The notes: generated from the letters alone by a model not told the origin. A stretch of 64,000 nucleotides of DNA from Geosiphon pyriformis uo1 (GCA_016748015.1 JAAOMT010000671.1:62001-126000); one strand, 5' to 3'; positions 1 through 13,931 are shown, counted from the stretch's first letter. Numbers and translations are program-made.

Positions 1-3000
1 ATTTAAAAAACCAGTTCAAAATTCTATTTATATTAATAAAATTAACTACTAATATTATTTTATATTTAATTTGAACTTGATTAAAAAACTTTAAATTCTA
101 CCAAAAAAAATAATATAATGTTTTATTCAAAAAATTTTTAGATAAGCAAATTTTTAATCTCAAATTCTTTTTAATCAAATAATTTTAATATTTTATAAAT
201 GCTTTTATTAATGTAATTAAATTAAGTTCTATAATTTATAATAGATTATAAAACAGCAGTAATTAAATATAAAAACTGTTTATTAATAATAGTTTTTTGC
301 AGAATTATTAACACAAAAAATTTTATATCTAAATTTGTTTTTTTAAGACTAAAAACAAAAAAACTTTTAATAATCAAAAAGATCTTTAAATATTTATATA
401 GAATATTTAATTTAGCAACTAAAATAAAAGATTTATTTTATAATTAAATTAATATTTGTAATCTTTGCATTAATTGATATAAACACAGTTTTGTTTAAAT
501 TAATTACTATATTATTAATATTAAAAAATTTACCAGCAATATTTTAAATATTTTAAATTACTAAAAATTATATACTATTTAAATAATATTATTAACAAAA
601 ACACAGACTTTCAAAAAAGATGTTAAATTAATATTTAATTTAACTTTATCTGTTTTGGCCACTAATTTAGAATCAATTTTATAATTAAAAAAAAACTTAT
701 ATCTTTTAATTTTACAAAAAAAAAGTTTTACAAAAAAAAAAATTTTTTTCTTAATTTAAATTATTATGAACTTTATATTTAACAAACAGATCAAAATTAA
801 TTATAATTTTATTGATATAGCTATTATAAATATGTCCAAAAAACCTAATAAATTTAATATATATTTTAATTTTTGTTAAATTATTAAGCAAATATAACCA
901 GTTTACTAAATTATAAGTTTTGTATATGTTTAAAACATCAACCAAATTTCTTTGCTCTTTTTTAAAACATTTTTAACTGCTAAGTCAACAGCAAAAACAA
1001 AAAAATAAATTAAGATATTCTTTAAAATTAAAAAGTTATTTTTTCTTAAAATATTAAATTTATTGCAAACATCAAAAATACAATTAGATAAAATTTTTAA
1101 GAAAATTTTCTTAACAGTTTTAATAAAAGCAATAGATTTGGTATTTATTGGAATTCTTTTCTATTTATAAAACTTAAGAATTATTGAAACTTATGTTTTT
1201 TTTTATATATTAAAAATAATTTTTTTTATTAAATATTTATTAATTAAAATAAAAAGCATATCTTACACAAAAAAATTGCAGTGCTTCTATAATTTATTAA
1301 ATATTTTAAACAATCTTATAGTTTTATTATTAGAAAAATTATCAATAATTTAAGAAAATTTTTTCAAATTTATCTATTTTATAATATTAGCAAAAGTATT
1401 ATTATAAACATAAAATAATAATTTATATTAATAATATTAAACAAAAAAAACAGTATTCTTAACCAAGTATTTTTTTAATCTAATCTTTTATAATTGTATT
1501 TATTCTATTTTTAACCAAACCAAAATTTAAAAATAATTTTTTATTATCTATTAAGTAGTTTAAAGTAATTTTTTTGAATAACTGTTCTAAATTACTATTA
1601 ATTAATTATTTTTTATTATAAGCAAAAGCTTTTATATATTTAGTAATAGTATTATATATGTAAATATTTTTAATTAACTTAATCTCAGTTATTTTTAAGA
1701 ATTTGTAAGCTTTTTTGAAATATGTTAATAAATATTTATTATTAATAATACTAATACCAATAACAAAAAAAACATGAAACTTAAAAGCTTTTTTAAAGTT
1801 TAAATCAGTTTACTTTTTCAAAACAATTTTAAACTTATTTAGATTACCAAATTTAAATATCTTTGATACCTTAAAAACAAGTATTTTTAATCAGTAAAAT
1901 TAAAAAAAAAATCGTATTTCTGGCAAAATTATCATCTTAAAATCATAATTTTACAAAAGTAATATTAACTACTAAATACATTATTTAAGTAAACAAAAAC
2001 CATATCTTATTAAGATTATTTATTACATTTTGTTTACTAAATACATTAGTTATTTACAAAATAAAATCTAAAATAAATTTATTGAACTTTTTTTATATTT
2101 TTTTATTAATATTTTTAAGCTTATATTTTTATATGTTTTTATTAACTTATTTGTATACTATATTGTATTAAAAACCAAGAAAACTCTTTAAACTAATATT
2201 CATTAAAACAAAAAAATAATTAGTGTTAAAATACTTATTAAACTAATATATATATTAATTAAAAACACAATTACAGAAATTTTTACTAATTAAAACATAA
2301 TTAATATACTTTTTAACATCTTTAAAATTCGATTAAATAGAATACTTATAAGAAAAAAAACTACTTAAAGAATTAAAAACCCCAAAATTTTTAATTTTTT
2401 TAAGCTTATACTATAATTAAAACTATTTTTATTAAAATTTTTCTCTTCAGAATTACAAAAAAGTTATTGTTTAAAACAGTTACAATTAACAAATTAACTT
2501 TAATAGCTTTATATTAGTTTTTTACCCAAAGTTATATTTGTATACAAACTAAAAACTAATATTAACAAACATTTTTTTTAAAAAAAACATAATAATAAAA
2601 GTTAATCTGCTATTTTTGTAATTTTGTAAACATATTTTATTATATTATTATTTATAATAATTATAATACTAGAGCTTATTTAATTAAACTTAGCATTTAA
2701 GATAAAAATTTTGATTTTATTAAATTTGTTTAAAATTTACAGCTTAATCTTGGCTTTTAACTTAATTTTTAAAATTATAGAAATCAAATTATTTATCTCT
2801 TAATACCATTAAATTATATTTAATTACTTAATAAAATCATTAGTTTTTTGAATATTACATATAGCAATTTTTTATATAAAATAGAAAAATCAAAACCAAA
2901 AATCAGAAAATTCAAATAGGTTAAAACAATATAAACAGAACTTTTTAAAACCAATATTTTGATTTTAAATTTTTAATCTTAAAAATAAATACTTTGTTAT

Positions 3001-3320
3001 TAATAAAAACCAAATAAAAAATATTATTAATATTTGAGACAAAAATAAAAAAAGAAAAATTTGAAATATCTATATTAAATTCAATTGATTTAAAAATTAA
3101 AACAATTAAAAATAAACAAAATAAAAAGAAAATTAATAAAAAAATCAATATAAATATATTTAACTTAAAAAAATATTAATAATTTAATTACTTAAAAATT
3201 ATAATAATTTTTTAAGTAAATTTAAACAAAATTTTAAAACAGAAAAAATGAAAAAAACAAGATTAATTAAACTATTAAAAGTAAAAACACTATGAGAAAA
3301 CAACAAAAAAACTTAAAAAT
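1..3320 (-). mobile_element. Extremely AT-eroded LINE relic
   Basis: ~1016-1160 (tattctttaaaattaaaaagttattt...ataaaagcaatagatttggtatttatt) aligns by eye with the RT-proximal part of the minus-strand LINE at ~45046-45190 (tacccttcaaaactgaaaaattgtcttt...attaaagcaataggtcaagtatttgt), mostly via C>T/G>A. No intact ORF; boundaries approximate. Confidence 0.7.
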
Positions 3321-3442
3321 ATAAAAAAACTTCTTTCTCTCTTATCTCCAAAAATCCTCAAAAAGTGCATTTCCTAAAAAAGAAGTTTTCTATTTTTTTT
3401 GTTAGTTTTTTCAACATTTCTTTAAATAATAACCCTTTTGTC

Positions 3443-5317
3443 ATGGATTTAAAAGCTGTTTCAGGTGGTGATATGTCAAAAAAAAGGCACTCAAAGGTGC
3501 TTTCCATGGTTCTGCTGGTAGTTTTTTTGCTCAAAAAAAAAGTGGTTCTTGGGAATATTAAACACTCTGATAATGAGAAGGATATCTCCTTGAGTAAATC
3601 TGGATCTGATAATAGTGTGTATTTTAATGCGAATAGTCTGTCTGGTGATGATGAAAATGTCAGCATGGCTGGTATAAATAGTGGGTCTCTTTTGGGTTTG
3701 GCTGCAACCATTTTTAAGACAAAATGTATTAATACTGGTGCTGCTTTTTGCTCTCTACTTGGTTCTCCCAACTTTGACATGGATGATAATAAGAAAATGT
3801 TTCTTCTTCCTTGCCTTTTTATCTCTCTAGATAAGAAGTGGGTTGATCTCAAAATTGTTAAAACTCAGGTAAAGGTCTTAGTTAAGCAATCTTTTGCTTT
3901 GGACATTAATCTCTCAGCTGTAGAAGAGAAATCAATGACAGCAAAAATTCAGATCATTAGAAAATTTTTTTCAACTATCAGTGGTTTTGGGGGAGTCACT
4001 ACCTCCTCAAAATTTGAAGGGATCATTTGATCAATGTTTACTTTAAAGAAAAGCATGGAAATAGCCACATCATTGGCCAAGAAAAAAGGGATCAACATAA
4101 ACAGTAATCTCAAAAAACAAGGAATCCATTTAGATCGGACTGTGGTCATTAAAAAAATTCCCATGGATATGCCAAAGGAAATAATTGTCACTGCACTAGC
4201 CGAGTTTGGTGAAATTAAGTTGATCAAAATTCAACTTATTGGATTATGGCAAAAAGCTGTGGTAGAATTTGCTAAACTAGGTTAGACTGAATAATTAGCT
4301 ACTAAATGGTTCCTTTTGATTGGGAAAAATTCTGTGCAAGTGGTTATAGCTGTGGGAAATCACAAAACATGAGCATCAAGAGACCAGTTTAGGGCTTTGT
4401 TATTTACTTTGCTTGTGGAAATGACTGCTCATAATTTGGGCACTCTTTTGGAAAGAGTTAATGGGAAAACTTATATTATAAATTGTTCATTGAATTCTGG
4501 CAATAGGATTTGCTGTGCTGTGATTGGCTTTGAGTCTAAGGATGCTATGGAATCTGCTTATTGTACTGAACTGATATTTGGTGGTATTAAATTATCTTGG
4601 GTTAAATTAGACTTGGTTTGCTGTGAAAAATGTGGTTGTCTTGGCCATTTTGCTCTAGAGTACAATGCATCAACTCTGCCCATTGCCAATCCTTCAAAAT
4701 TTGTTAAAAGAGTTCTTTCAGAAGACCATCATCTTTAACTAGCAAAATTGTATGCTAAAAAGCATGTTTTTATTTCTAGATCTGCTGCCTTTGGTGGCAA
4801 ATCTTGGGTGTAAGTGGTTTTACTTGCTTCTCCTTCTGGTGATCCTTATTTCAACTCTGGTTTTAGGTCTGATCTTTCTTCTTTTGGTTCTTCAGGTATT
4901 AAGGGAAATGCACCAGTTGTTCAGAATAAATCCTCAATCAATGATCATCTAGCTTTATTAAAACATTCTTTAGAATTATTGGCTAATTAGGTATCAGGTA
5001 TTATGCATAGATTAAATGGTGTGGAACTGGTGCTTATTACTCAAGTTGTATCTCCAGCCACTTCTGTCCCTACATTGGCATTACTAGATGCTGATATAGT
5101 TTTAAATGTCTTATGGTCATCTCTTTCTTCTTCTTCTCCAGTATTAGAAAACAAGATGGCAAATTTAGATCTGAACAGTTTAAAAGTTCTTACCTCCAAA
5201 GTTGGCAGTTTGGAATCCAAGATGATGGCTTTTGAGGTTTCTATTGGCTCAATTTTGGAGAAGTTAAATCTGTTGTGCATAAATTTAGGTTCTCTGGTGC
5301 ATCCTTTGCATCAATGA
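3443..5317 (+). pseudogene. LINE ORF1 (RRM-like regions plus CCHC knuckle), disrupted
   Basis: Fragments include VVIKKIPMDMPKEIIVTALAEFGEIK, knuckle CEKCGCLGHFALEY (last Cys lost) and a C-terminal coiled-coil-like LESKMMAFEVSIGSILEKL; many in-frame stops. Confidence 0.85.
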
Positions 5318-8300
5318 GTAAGCTCATTTGGAGAGTGGCTATGTGCAATATTAGGGATATGACAAATTTAGCTAAATAGAAAGACATTGTTTGTTGGCAT
5401 AAGAATTCAGGAAATATGATTTTAATTATTACTGAGACAAAATTAAGGTCTGACATTATGTCTTGGATCATGAATAGATTTGATAGGCTTTGGGTTTTTA
5501 CTTTTGGTTTGGATATTGGGTTTTGTGGTGCTGGGGTTGCCATAATTATGAACATTTCTTTGGCTCAGCATGTTTTGAAAGTGGATGAGATTCCTGGTCA
5601 TTTGATTTTTATGTGTCTTCTGTTCAAGAACAAGCTTTCAGTTACAATCTTGGGTTTGTAAGCTGGTGCATCCATTAACACATGGTTTAGTCAAGCTGCT
5701 GATATCAATTCTATGGTTTTTAAGACAGTTAATTCCAGCTCTTTTGTGGTTTTGGGTGGTAACTTTAACAAAAATGAGTCTAGCAAAAGTGCGAGTTTCA
5801 AGTTCTGTTTAAGTTTAGGTCTGGTTAATATTTTTGATGAACATTTATTGGCCGAGACTTCCACTTGGAGCAATTTTAGAGGTGTTGAGAAAGTGATTGA
5901 TTTTTTTTAGTAAGTAGGAATTTGGCGTCTACTATGGCATCACATTTTGTCAATAGTGTGTCTAAGTTTTTTGATACAGATCATAAGTCAGTTTTCATTT
6001 CAATTGGTTTGGGTGGGCTGCTGGATACACATCTTATTAGCATTTGCAGACAAGCCAACCGAGACCAGTGGAAGTTCAAATTAAAGAATGCAGATGATGT
6101 TTAATGGTTAAGCTTTAAAGACTGCTTTTCTGCCAAGTTGTTGGCTAGATTGAACATGTTTAAAGAGGCAAGGGTTAATGGTGACTTGAATACAATGTGT
6201 AAAATATTGGAGAAGGCCATAGTACAGTCTGCTGACACAGTTTTCTCTAGAATTTGGTATAGTGAATATGACTGTTTGAAAAATAAACAATCTTCCAAAT
6301 TCTTTAAATTAGAGCTGCTTGTTGCAAAAATTGTGAAATGTTAGAACTCTGGTAATCTTCTGAATTTCAACCATCTTATTAAGATATGATTGGCTATTGA
6401 TATAGTCAAAGCTTCCAAGATTGATAGCATGGTTTTGAATGATGTAAGCTTAATGAAGTTGATTAAACATTTGTTAGTGATAAAGATAGAGTATCATAAG
6501 TCCAAGTATTATGAGTCTAAGATTGCTAAAGATGCTGCTATAAGGAAGGCAATTGATTATTGTATGGAAAACTTCTGTTCTAACAAAAGAAAGATGATAA
6601 AGAGCATTCTGGAACATCCATTTTGCAAGGTGGTTTTGAATCACTTGGTTGTGGATGATGAGCTAGTGATTGAGCCTAATGAGGTAAAGCTCAAAGTTGA
6701 TAAAATTATGGAAAGGTAAACAAAGAAGCGATTAGTTTTTCCAAAATTACCTGACCTTTGGGCTCAACAATATATGCTTTTGAATTATGTGGATGATAAT
6801 GCTTTCTCTAGTGTAATGATTGAAATTAGTATGAAAGAATTGTCTCTGATTGTTGATAATCTGCTGAATAATAAAGCAGCCAGATTATCTAGGATATCTA
6901 ATGAACCTTGAAAGCATTGTAGTGGGGAGGTTTTGGCCTGTCTTTTGAAATTGTTGAATTTGTGCTTGAGTATGGGTGCAATTCCTAATCTGTGAAAAGA
7001 AGCATGGGTTTCAATGATTCTGAAACCTTATAAGTGGGATGGTGTTCTGACAAATACCAGACCTATTGTATTAGTCAAAACAGCATGTAAAATACTATCT
7101 AAGATTCTTTCTAATCAGATATCTTTGGCTTGTAGCAAGTTTAATGTTCTTTATGATAACAATTTTTTGGTGTTGAAGAGTACTTTGACCCAGTCTCCTA
7201 TTTTTGCTATTGGCTCAGTTGTTGAGAATGCTTTAGAGAAAAACAGAGAGCTTTGGTTAGTACTGTAGGATATACACAAAGCTTATGATTCAGTAGGCTG
7301 GGATCATTTGCAAGCGAGCTTACATCACATCAAAATGTGTGAACGTTTCATCCAATTTTTTGGCAACATTCATGAGAACTGGGTTGACAGAGTGATGACT
7401 GACTTCGGGCTTTCAGATAGTTATAGAATACATGATGGGTTGGATCAAGAAGAAGTTTTTTCTCTACTACATTGAAGAATATTTTATGATCCACTTTTGT
7501 GTAAAGTAAAAAGACATAAGCACTTATGTAGATATAGAATTAATTCTAAGTTTGTAGCAAAGTCTGGCAGAATTGAGGCAAGTGGAGGGAAAACTTTTTT
7601 TTTGGCTGCAGGTGCTTTTGTTAATGATACAATCTGGGTTGGAAGTAGTCAGGCATCTACACAGTATATTTTGAACATTGCAAGTGAATTTTTTGTAATT
7701 AATAACATCTCAATTAATAATGATAAGATGATAGCAATTTCTATCAATTAAAGAGTTAAGAATGTTTTACTATTAATCAATGGATTGCCAATTTTGATTG
7801 CTAAAAAGAGTGAGTCATACTGATACTTGATTATCTTTCTGTCAACTGAGGGTCTTTCTAAGTCCAGTTTGGCTTAAGCCCATAAAGATGTCAGGTTTTT
7901 TTCTAATATAGTGTTAAGAAAGACTATTATGAACAAACAATTCTGTTATTTGGTTTCGGCAGTTTTGCAGCCCATTATTAGCTATCGTGTACAGTTCAGT
8001 TTTGTTACTTTAGATGTGTATTGTAAGTGAGATATCATAGTTAGAAAAGGTCTTAAAGCTAAAGCTGGTTTACCATGTAACTTTACCAGTGAGGTCTTGT
8101 ACCACTCTTCTTTATATGGTTGGAAGCCTTTTGAGCAAGTGCAGTCTGAAGGAAAGCTGGCATTATTGATTTCATTTTCTAATGACTGCAGCATTCTTGG
8201 ACATTTATTTGATCATAGATTTTTGGATTTGCAAATTCTGGGATGGTCTTCTTTGAATTCTTTGCAATTTTCTGTTAAGTTGTATGTTAGTTCTGTAAAC

Positions 8301-10001
8301 AATTTTTTGGCAGGAGTGGTGAAGATTTTTTTGGAGAATGAATTGTCTTTAGCGAACAATTTACCTTGTGTCTTTTGTGGGTCTAGTGATTTTCTGATGT
8401 CTGGCATTCTGGATCAGTCTTTGTATTACAAATCCGTTTTTTCATTAAAGCATTTTGGTGTTGCTTTTGGTGACAAAATTCTTGACAAAAAAAAAGGTGA
8501 TAGACTAAAAAACATTTCAGCATTAGAAGTGATTGGACCCAAGGGGCCCTGTGCCTTACTGGTTTTCTTTGACATCTGATTTTATGAACAATTCTGTTTC
8601 TTTGGGAGTCAAAACTGCTACTGCTACTAAGGAAGATGTGGTAAGTGTTTTGGATTCTGATAAGTTCTCTGAGATTTGTGATAGTCTACTAAAGGTATGA
8701 TCTGATTGTATTGAGGTTTATACAGATGGGTCCTTAAGATGTGCTAGTTCTGTTGAGGTGGTAGGCAGAGCAGCTGCATACTTTCTGGCTGTAAACGCAG
8801 ACATTGGGGTTAAGGTTGCTGGACTTTTGTCCTCTACTTTAACTGAACTACAAGCTGTGGTGTTGGCTTTGAAGTGTGTTCCATCTTCTTGCTCAGTGGT
8901 TTTGTACTTGAATAGTCAATTTGCAATTAATGCCTACATTTCTAAGACTTCTTCGACTACTCCTGACTTCCATAACCAATGTTGGATTGAAAGATTGCAA
9001 ATTGTCAATCTCCTTAAGGGCAAGAATATTTCAATTAAGTAGGTGAAGGTTAAAAGTCATTCAGATGTATTGGGTAACATAAGAACTGATGCACTGGCTA
9101 ATAAGACTACTTTCTTGTCTTTTTTTTTGCCAGTTAAAATCTGGGAAAGGTTTCTGGTCACTGAAGAGACTGCCATATCTGGCAATGTTTGTCATTTTGC
9201 TTGAAACTTACACCAGTCAATATGCCATGCTTATTGGGAGGCTGGTCCAAGTTTTGATATAGTTCCAAATTTTATGATTAAGGAAATAGATTGGGATGTT
9301 ACTGTAGCAGTTTGGCATTCTAACTTACACATGCTTTCTGAGTTCATTTGCAAAAAATCAGCCAATTTACGCACATATTTGATGAAGACTGTATATAGGC
9401 AGCTGCCAGTTGTGGTTAGAAAGAGGTTGTATAACAGAGGTTATCCTGGAGTTTTGTGTTTGCTGTGTGATAAAGTGAAGTTCTCTGATTATGTTTTCAC
9501 TTGTTCTGGTGACTCTGGCCTCCGCAGAAACATTTTGGTTAAAGCTGCTGAAAAATGAATATTAATGTCTGATCTTTCAAGTTTATTTCCATCTGCTATT
9601 TTGCTCTTACTCTCGTCATGTTCTTTAGATGTGAGTCTTTATATGGCAGTATGCAAGAGTTTTGTAATAAGAGACTGGTATGCCAAAGCTGTTTTAGTTT
9701 TTGAGAGAAAAAAAAAGCTACTCAGACTCTTTTGGAATACATCAAATTTGTGGTAGAGTTGCAGCACACTCGAATATGGGCTATTAGGGCCAAACATAAA
9801 GCAGAGATGGAAAAAACTGGCTTGGTTGGAGATAATGGTGTGGTTTCTGGCTTGTCCAGCAGTGTGGTTTCTATATTGTTGACTGGTATTGTCCATATGC
9901 TTGGTGTTATAAAATCTTTTGCTGTTAGATTTGATAAGTGCAAATTGTGTTGTTTTTTCTCTGGTTTGGATGATAATGCTTTTGTTATCATAAGTGTGTA
10001 G
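5314..10001 (+). pseudogene. LINE ORF2: APE endonuclease - RT - RNase H - Zn knuckle, disrupted
   Basis: MSKLIWRVAMCNIR..ITETKL..VLGGNFN..TDHK (APE); RPIVL, D..KAYDSV, GLDQEEVFS, AFVND from FVDD (RT); VYTDGS..TELQAV..KVKSH..GN (RNase H ~8715-9100); CLLC..YVFTC; ends IISV* at 10001. Confidence 0.92.
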
Positions 10002-10588
10002 TGTTGCCTTGTCTGGCCCAAGTGGCTGGCCACATGTAATCTGTGTGTGAACTGTGTTTAATTGGTTCTACTTAGTTTGGTTTTATGTACTAGATAGCAA
10101 TTAGACTTCACTCATAAAACTTGTAATAAAAAAAAATAAAAAAACATATTAAAAAAAATTTAAGTTTGTTGTTATTAATTACTTAAACCCAAAAAACATT
10201 ACTAAATATCAAAGAACAAAAAATAGACAAATTACAAATATTTAGCTTTAGAAAATATGTATTTAAGAGACTTTTGGCTAAAAAATCCAAAGAATTTGAC
10301 TTATTATATTTAAAAACAAAATATTTAAGATAATTATATTTATAATAACAAATTCTATTAAGAATAAAAACAGTACAAAAAACTTAATTGATATTATTTT
10401 TAAATTCAAAACAATTGTTTTTACAAGCAATATAAACAAAAATGTCTTAAATTAATTTATTTAAATCTAAATAATTTAATCTAAAATAGTTTTAATTATA
10501 TATACTAAATTTTTTTTAATTAGTACAAACTATTTTTTAATAAAATTATCAGTTTAATCTAATTTAACAAACTTTATTATAGTTTTTT

Positions 10589-12358
10589 TTATTATTATTA
10601 AGAATTTAACAAGTATGGCCCAACCACTATTTAGAAATTAGAACCAAACTAAGTAATTTAGGGCTAAATATAGTTCATATACTTACTACATATAACCAGT
10701 TACTTGAGCCAGTTCAGACTATACTACATTGATACACCAGAAGAAAACATACCCAAAAAAGACATCTTTTGAACAATCTCAAATAATATAGCATTATTAT
10801 TAACTAATTCAACCAACTATTCAGTTGTCTTAAAGGCATTAGCCTTTATAGCAGCAGATTTATGTTCCCAAAAAGACATTAAATTAGAAAACATATTATT
10901 ATCAAAAGATGATAAACTTACATAAAAGCCAGACATATCAATGTCTTTAAAACCACACTCAGTTTTTAGAGTGACTACTTCATGCTCCAACTTACCAACA
11001 GCTCTACTAAAAGTACTCATGTAAACCAAAACCTTATTGACTCTAAGGCCAAGAGCAAAACTTGAAACCAAATTATTATTAACAAATTGTTCAAAAACTT
11101 TGACCATAAAGCCAACAGACTTAACAATAGATTCAACCAAAACAGAAAGCTTAGCCAAATCAGATTCTAGAGACACCAGCTAAGAAAACACCAAAAAATT
11201 TATAACAGTAACAGAAAAAGCAGCAGCCACCAAAAGAGGAAACTCAGAAAGAACAGGAGGAACAGATGCCTTTGCATAAGACAAAAAGCCAACAAAATGT
11301 GGTTTAAACATCTTGGGAGCCTTAAAAGGGAGAAGTGAAGCAACCTTACAGTCCATGGCCAAGTGGCTTATTTCTTGACACTGAAAACAATGCCAACAAC
11401 TAGAAGTTTCCCACCAGATATGACACTTCCTTAGTGTACCAGTTTTAACAACAGCAAGGTCTAAATCAGCTTAAGAGCCAAATATAACCAAAACAAAGTG
11501 AAAACAATGACCAGAATTAGGAGACTAAGGAATAAAACAAGACTGACCACCAACTTGAGAAACCATATCACTGATTTCAAAGGCAGTGCAGCCAGGAGAA
11601 AAATTGACCAACTTGGTCTTAAACTTATCACAAGACACAATTGTTTCTTGTTAATTCACAAGGGAAAAAATCTGAATACTATCTTTGCTTACCAAAATCA
11701 ACCAGTGCTTAAGAGCAGATGTAACAGCAACCAAATTCTTAAAATGGATTACAACATACTGCCAAATGCCAGCAGGCTTTAGCACAACATGAGTAATCAC
11801 ACCAAAAACACTGGGAGCTGTCTTAATGTCAGCAGCAGACACACCTAAAGGCATATTATGCAGTACAACAGCAGCAGAAAAAGAGCCAGACTCAGAAACT
11901 ACCAAGAACTTGGCGATTTTGAGAGTGGCCAAACATACAGAGCTTGTAAGCTCAACCAAAAATACAGCTTCCAAAGATACTTGAGAAGCAAATTCCACAC
12001 AAAACAGCTTCATATTGTTTTTTGATACTGACTTTACACCCAGAAAACCATGTACTGACTGAAAAACAGCCTTAACATGAGCCAATTTGATCTTAAAAGT
12101 AGCACCAGACACCAGAATAGAGGCCACCCATTCAGCAAACTTTTAGCAGCTAGCAATAGTTTCTCAAGCACCACCAGAAATAGTACCAGAAACTAAAAGA
12201 AGAGATGATTCAGTTTCTATTTAATCAGTCCAGTTCTCAAAAACAGGTAACCCAATAGGAGAAAATTGTTTTGCTTCTAAAACCAGTGATGATCTACTGA
12301 AAGACAACACATTTGACAACACAGTTAGTGATTGATCTAGGCCTATCTTGGATGACAT
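10589..12358 (-). mobile_element. ORF1-only non-LTR element (HAL1-like), 3' part with tail and poly(A)
   Basis: RRM-like fragments (11651-12127), knuckle CFQCQEISHLAMDC (~11348-11389), ORF ends GVSM* at 10724 directly followed by a LINE-like 3' UTR and poly(A); left TSD tttattatagtttttt at 10573-10588. Confidence 0.82.
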
Positions 12359-13228
12359 TGTTACAGATGATTATTTGGGGTTTCAATTCAAATAACAAAC
12401 TCATAACTTGGTGCTCAGTGACTAATCTGATGAATGATGATGGTAATATTGGTATGTTATCTTTATCTGAAGGTTTTAATTGAGTTCTTTGTATAATGGA
12501 CAGAAATTCAATGTTGTCTTTCCAGTAGCTTTCCAGAATCACAATTCTGTCAAATTTTTTTCTTAGCATAGTGGCTGGTAATCTGGCAGTGATACTCTTC
12601 TGGTAAGCTAGCCATTAATATATATAATTCTTATACCCTTCCTTTGAAGTTTTTTACCAGGCTATTCTTGACATCAATAACTCAGCACTTAATCTTCAAT
12701 CAATTAGCAACTCCAAAAAAAATAACAAAATAAAATAAAAGGAAAATAAAAGAAAATAAGAAAACAATTAAAAGCAATTGCAAGTTAGTATTCCATCAAT
12801 AGTCATGATCAAGAGCTATTGTTCCAGTGTGGTTAAGTATTACTTGTTATCAACATGTAGTGTTAATAGTGAAGAGTGAAGTAAGATAACAAATAGTTAT
12901 TTATTGATATAGAAGGTTATATTAGAAAAAATCTAAACTGGGAGATCTGTCTTTTTTACTTCTAATGCTACCACTATATATACATAATTGAGATTTCTCA
13001 ATTCCTCAATTCTTTATATCAGGAATCCTGGAATTTCTGGAATCCTGCAATTTCTTTTAAGAGGAATTCTGGAATTCTGGAATCTTGCAATTCTTTATAC
13101 AAAAATCCTGAAATTTCTAGAATCTTGCAATTCCTCTTGAGAGAAATTCTGGAATTCTACATTCACTATGGCTACTTCTGATTGGCTAATTTATATCCTA
13201 ATATATTTCTTATATTCTATGAGTAACA
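12359..13228 (-). repeat. 3' LTR of A1 (870 bp)
   Basis: TGTTAC...GTAACA termini; adjacent minus-strand PPT aaaaaggagagaataa (13229-13244); U3 with CCAAT (~13178-13187), ~9-bp GGAATYCTG-type repeats (~13020-13160) and TATA (~12974-12982). Confidence 0.95.
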
Positions 13229-13242
13229 TTATTCTCTCCTTT

Positions 13243-13931
13243 TTAATATTGAGCTCTGTTAAGATCTCCCAAATCTCCTAGCTCTAATTCTTTATTATTG
13301 AGTAGTTCTTGGACTTCTTTTCCAAGAATTATTTGTGTTATCTTGTTCTGTAATTCTTCAAATTGGGCATTGATTATTTTTCTCATTTGGTTAACAGTAA
13401 CAGTGTCTATTTCAGTATTGAGCAAAATTTCTAGTCGATTTTGAAATCCAGTATGTAGCTGATAAATGGCTCTTGCTTATGTGGTTAAATTGTTTTTCTC
13501 CACAAATTGTTCCAGTTGTTGTAATATTGTTATATCAAATAATTGTTTTGTCTTATCCGTGTATAGATTCTGAATGTTCACGTGTTGTCCCAAGTAAAAA
13601 TAACAAAGTTTCTTGGAAATTGTTGTATTCACCAGTCTCAGGTTTCTATAGTCAACTCTTAATATTGGGTAACTTTGAGTTGTGTTTCTATCGCCAATTT
13701 TACTTTTGCCATTATTTTGTCAACAGTGTTTTCTGTTTTTCTCTGTACTTTATCTTGTGGTTTTTTTTTGGTGTTTGTGTATCTGATGGTTTGTTAATTA
13801 ATTGTGATTTTCATTTCTTGTTGTTGGATCAATTAAAAGAGTTGTTGTGCTAGTGAGTGAATGTTGTCAGTAATTTCCATTTTTCTGATGTCTTTTATCA
13901 TGTCTATTATGTTTTTATATACTCTTTCCAT
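13243..13931 (-). pseudogene. Extra ~230-codon ORF between integrase and PPT (unknown function)
   Basis: MERVYKNIIDM...CYFYLGQH...RKIINAQFEELQNKITQ...RAQY*; one frameshift and several stops; homologous frame in copy A2 (~55441-56130). Confidence 0.7.

Larger units (their letters stand above)
3331..10135 (+). mobile_element. Full-length degenerate LINE with RNase H (LINE copy 1)
   Basis: ORF1 then ORF2 fragments in order, 3' UTR, poly(A) ~10126-10144. Possible 10-bp TSD ATAAAAAAAC at 3321-3330 and 10136-10145 (low complexity, tentative). Confidence 0.93.

Noticed and set aside
751-945. Short I/K/N/F-rich ORFs in AT-rich tracts (also 2945-3148, 29103-29369, 41932-42132)
   Set aside because: Compositional artefacts of eroded DNA; not organellar genes.
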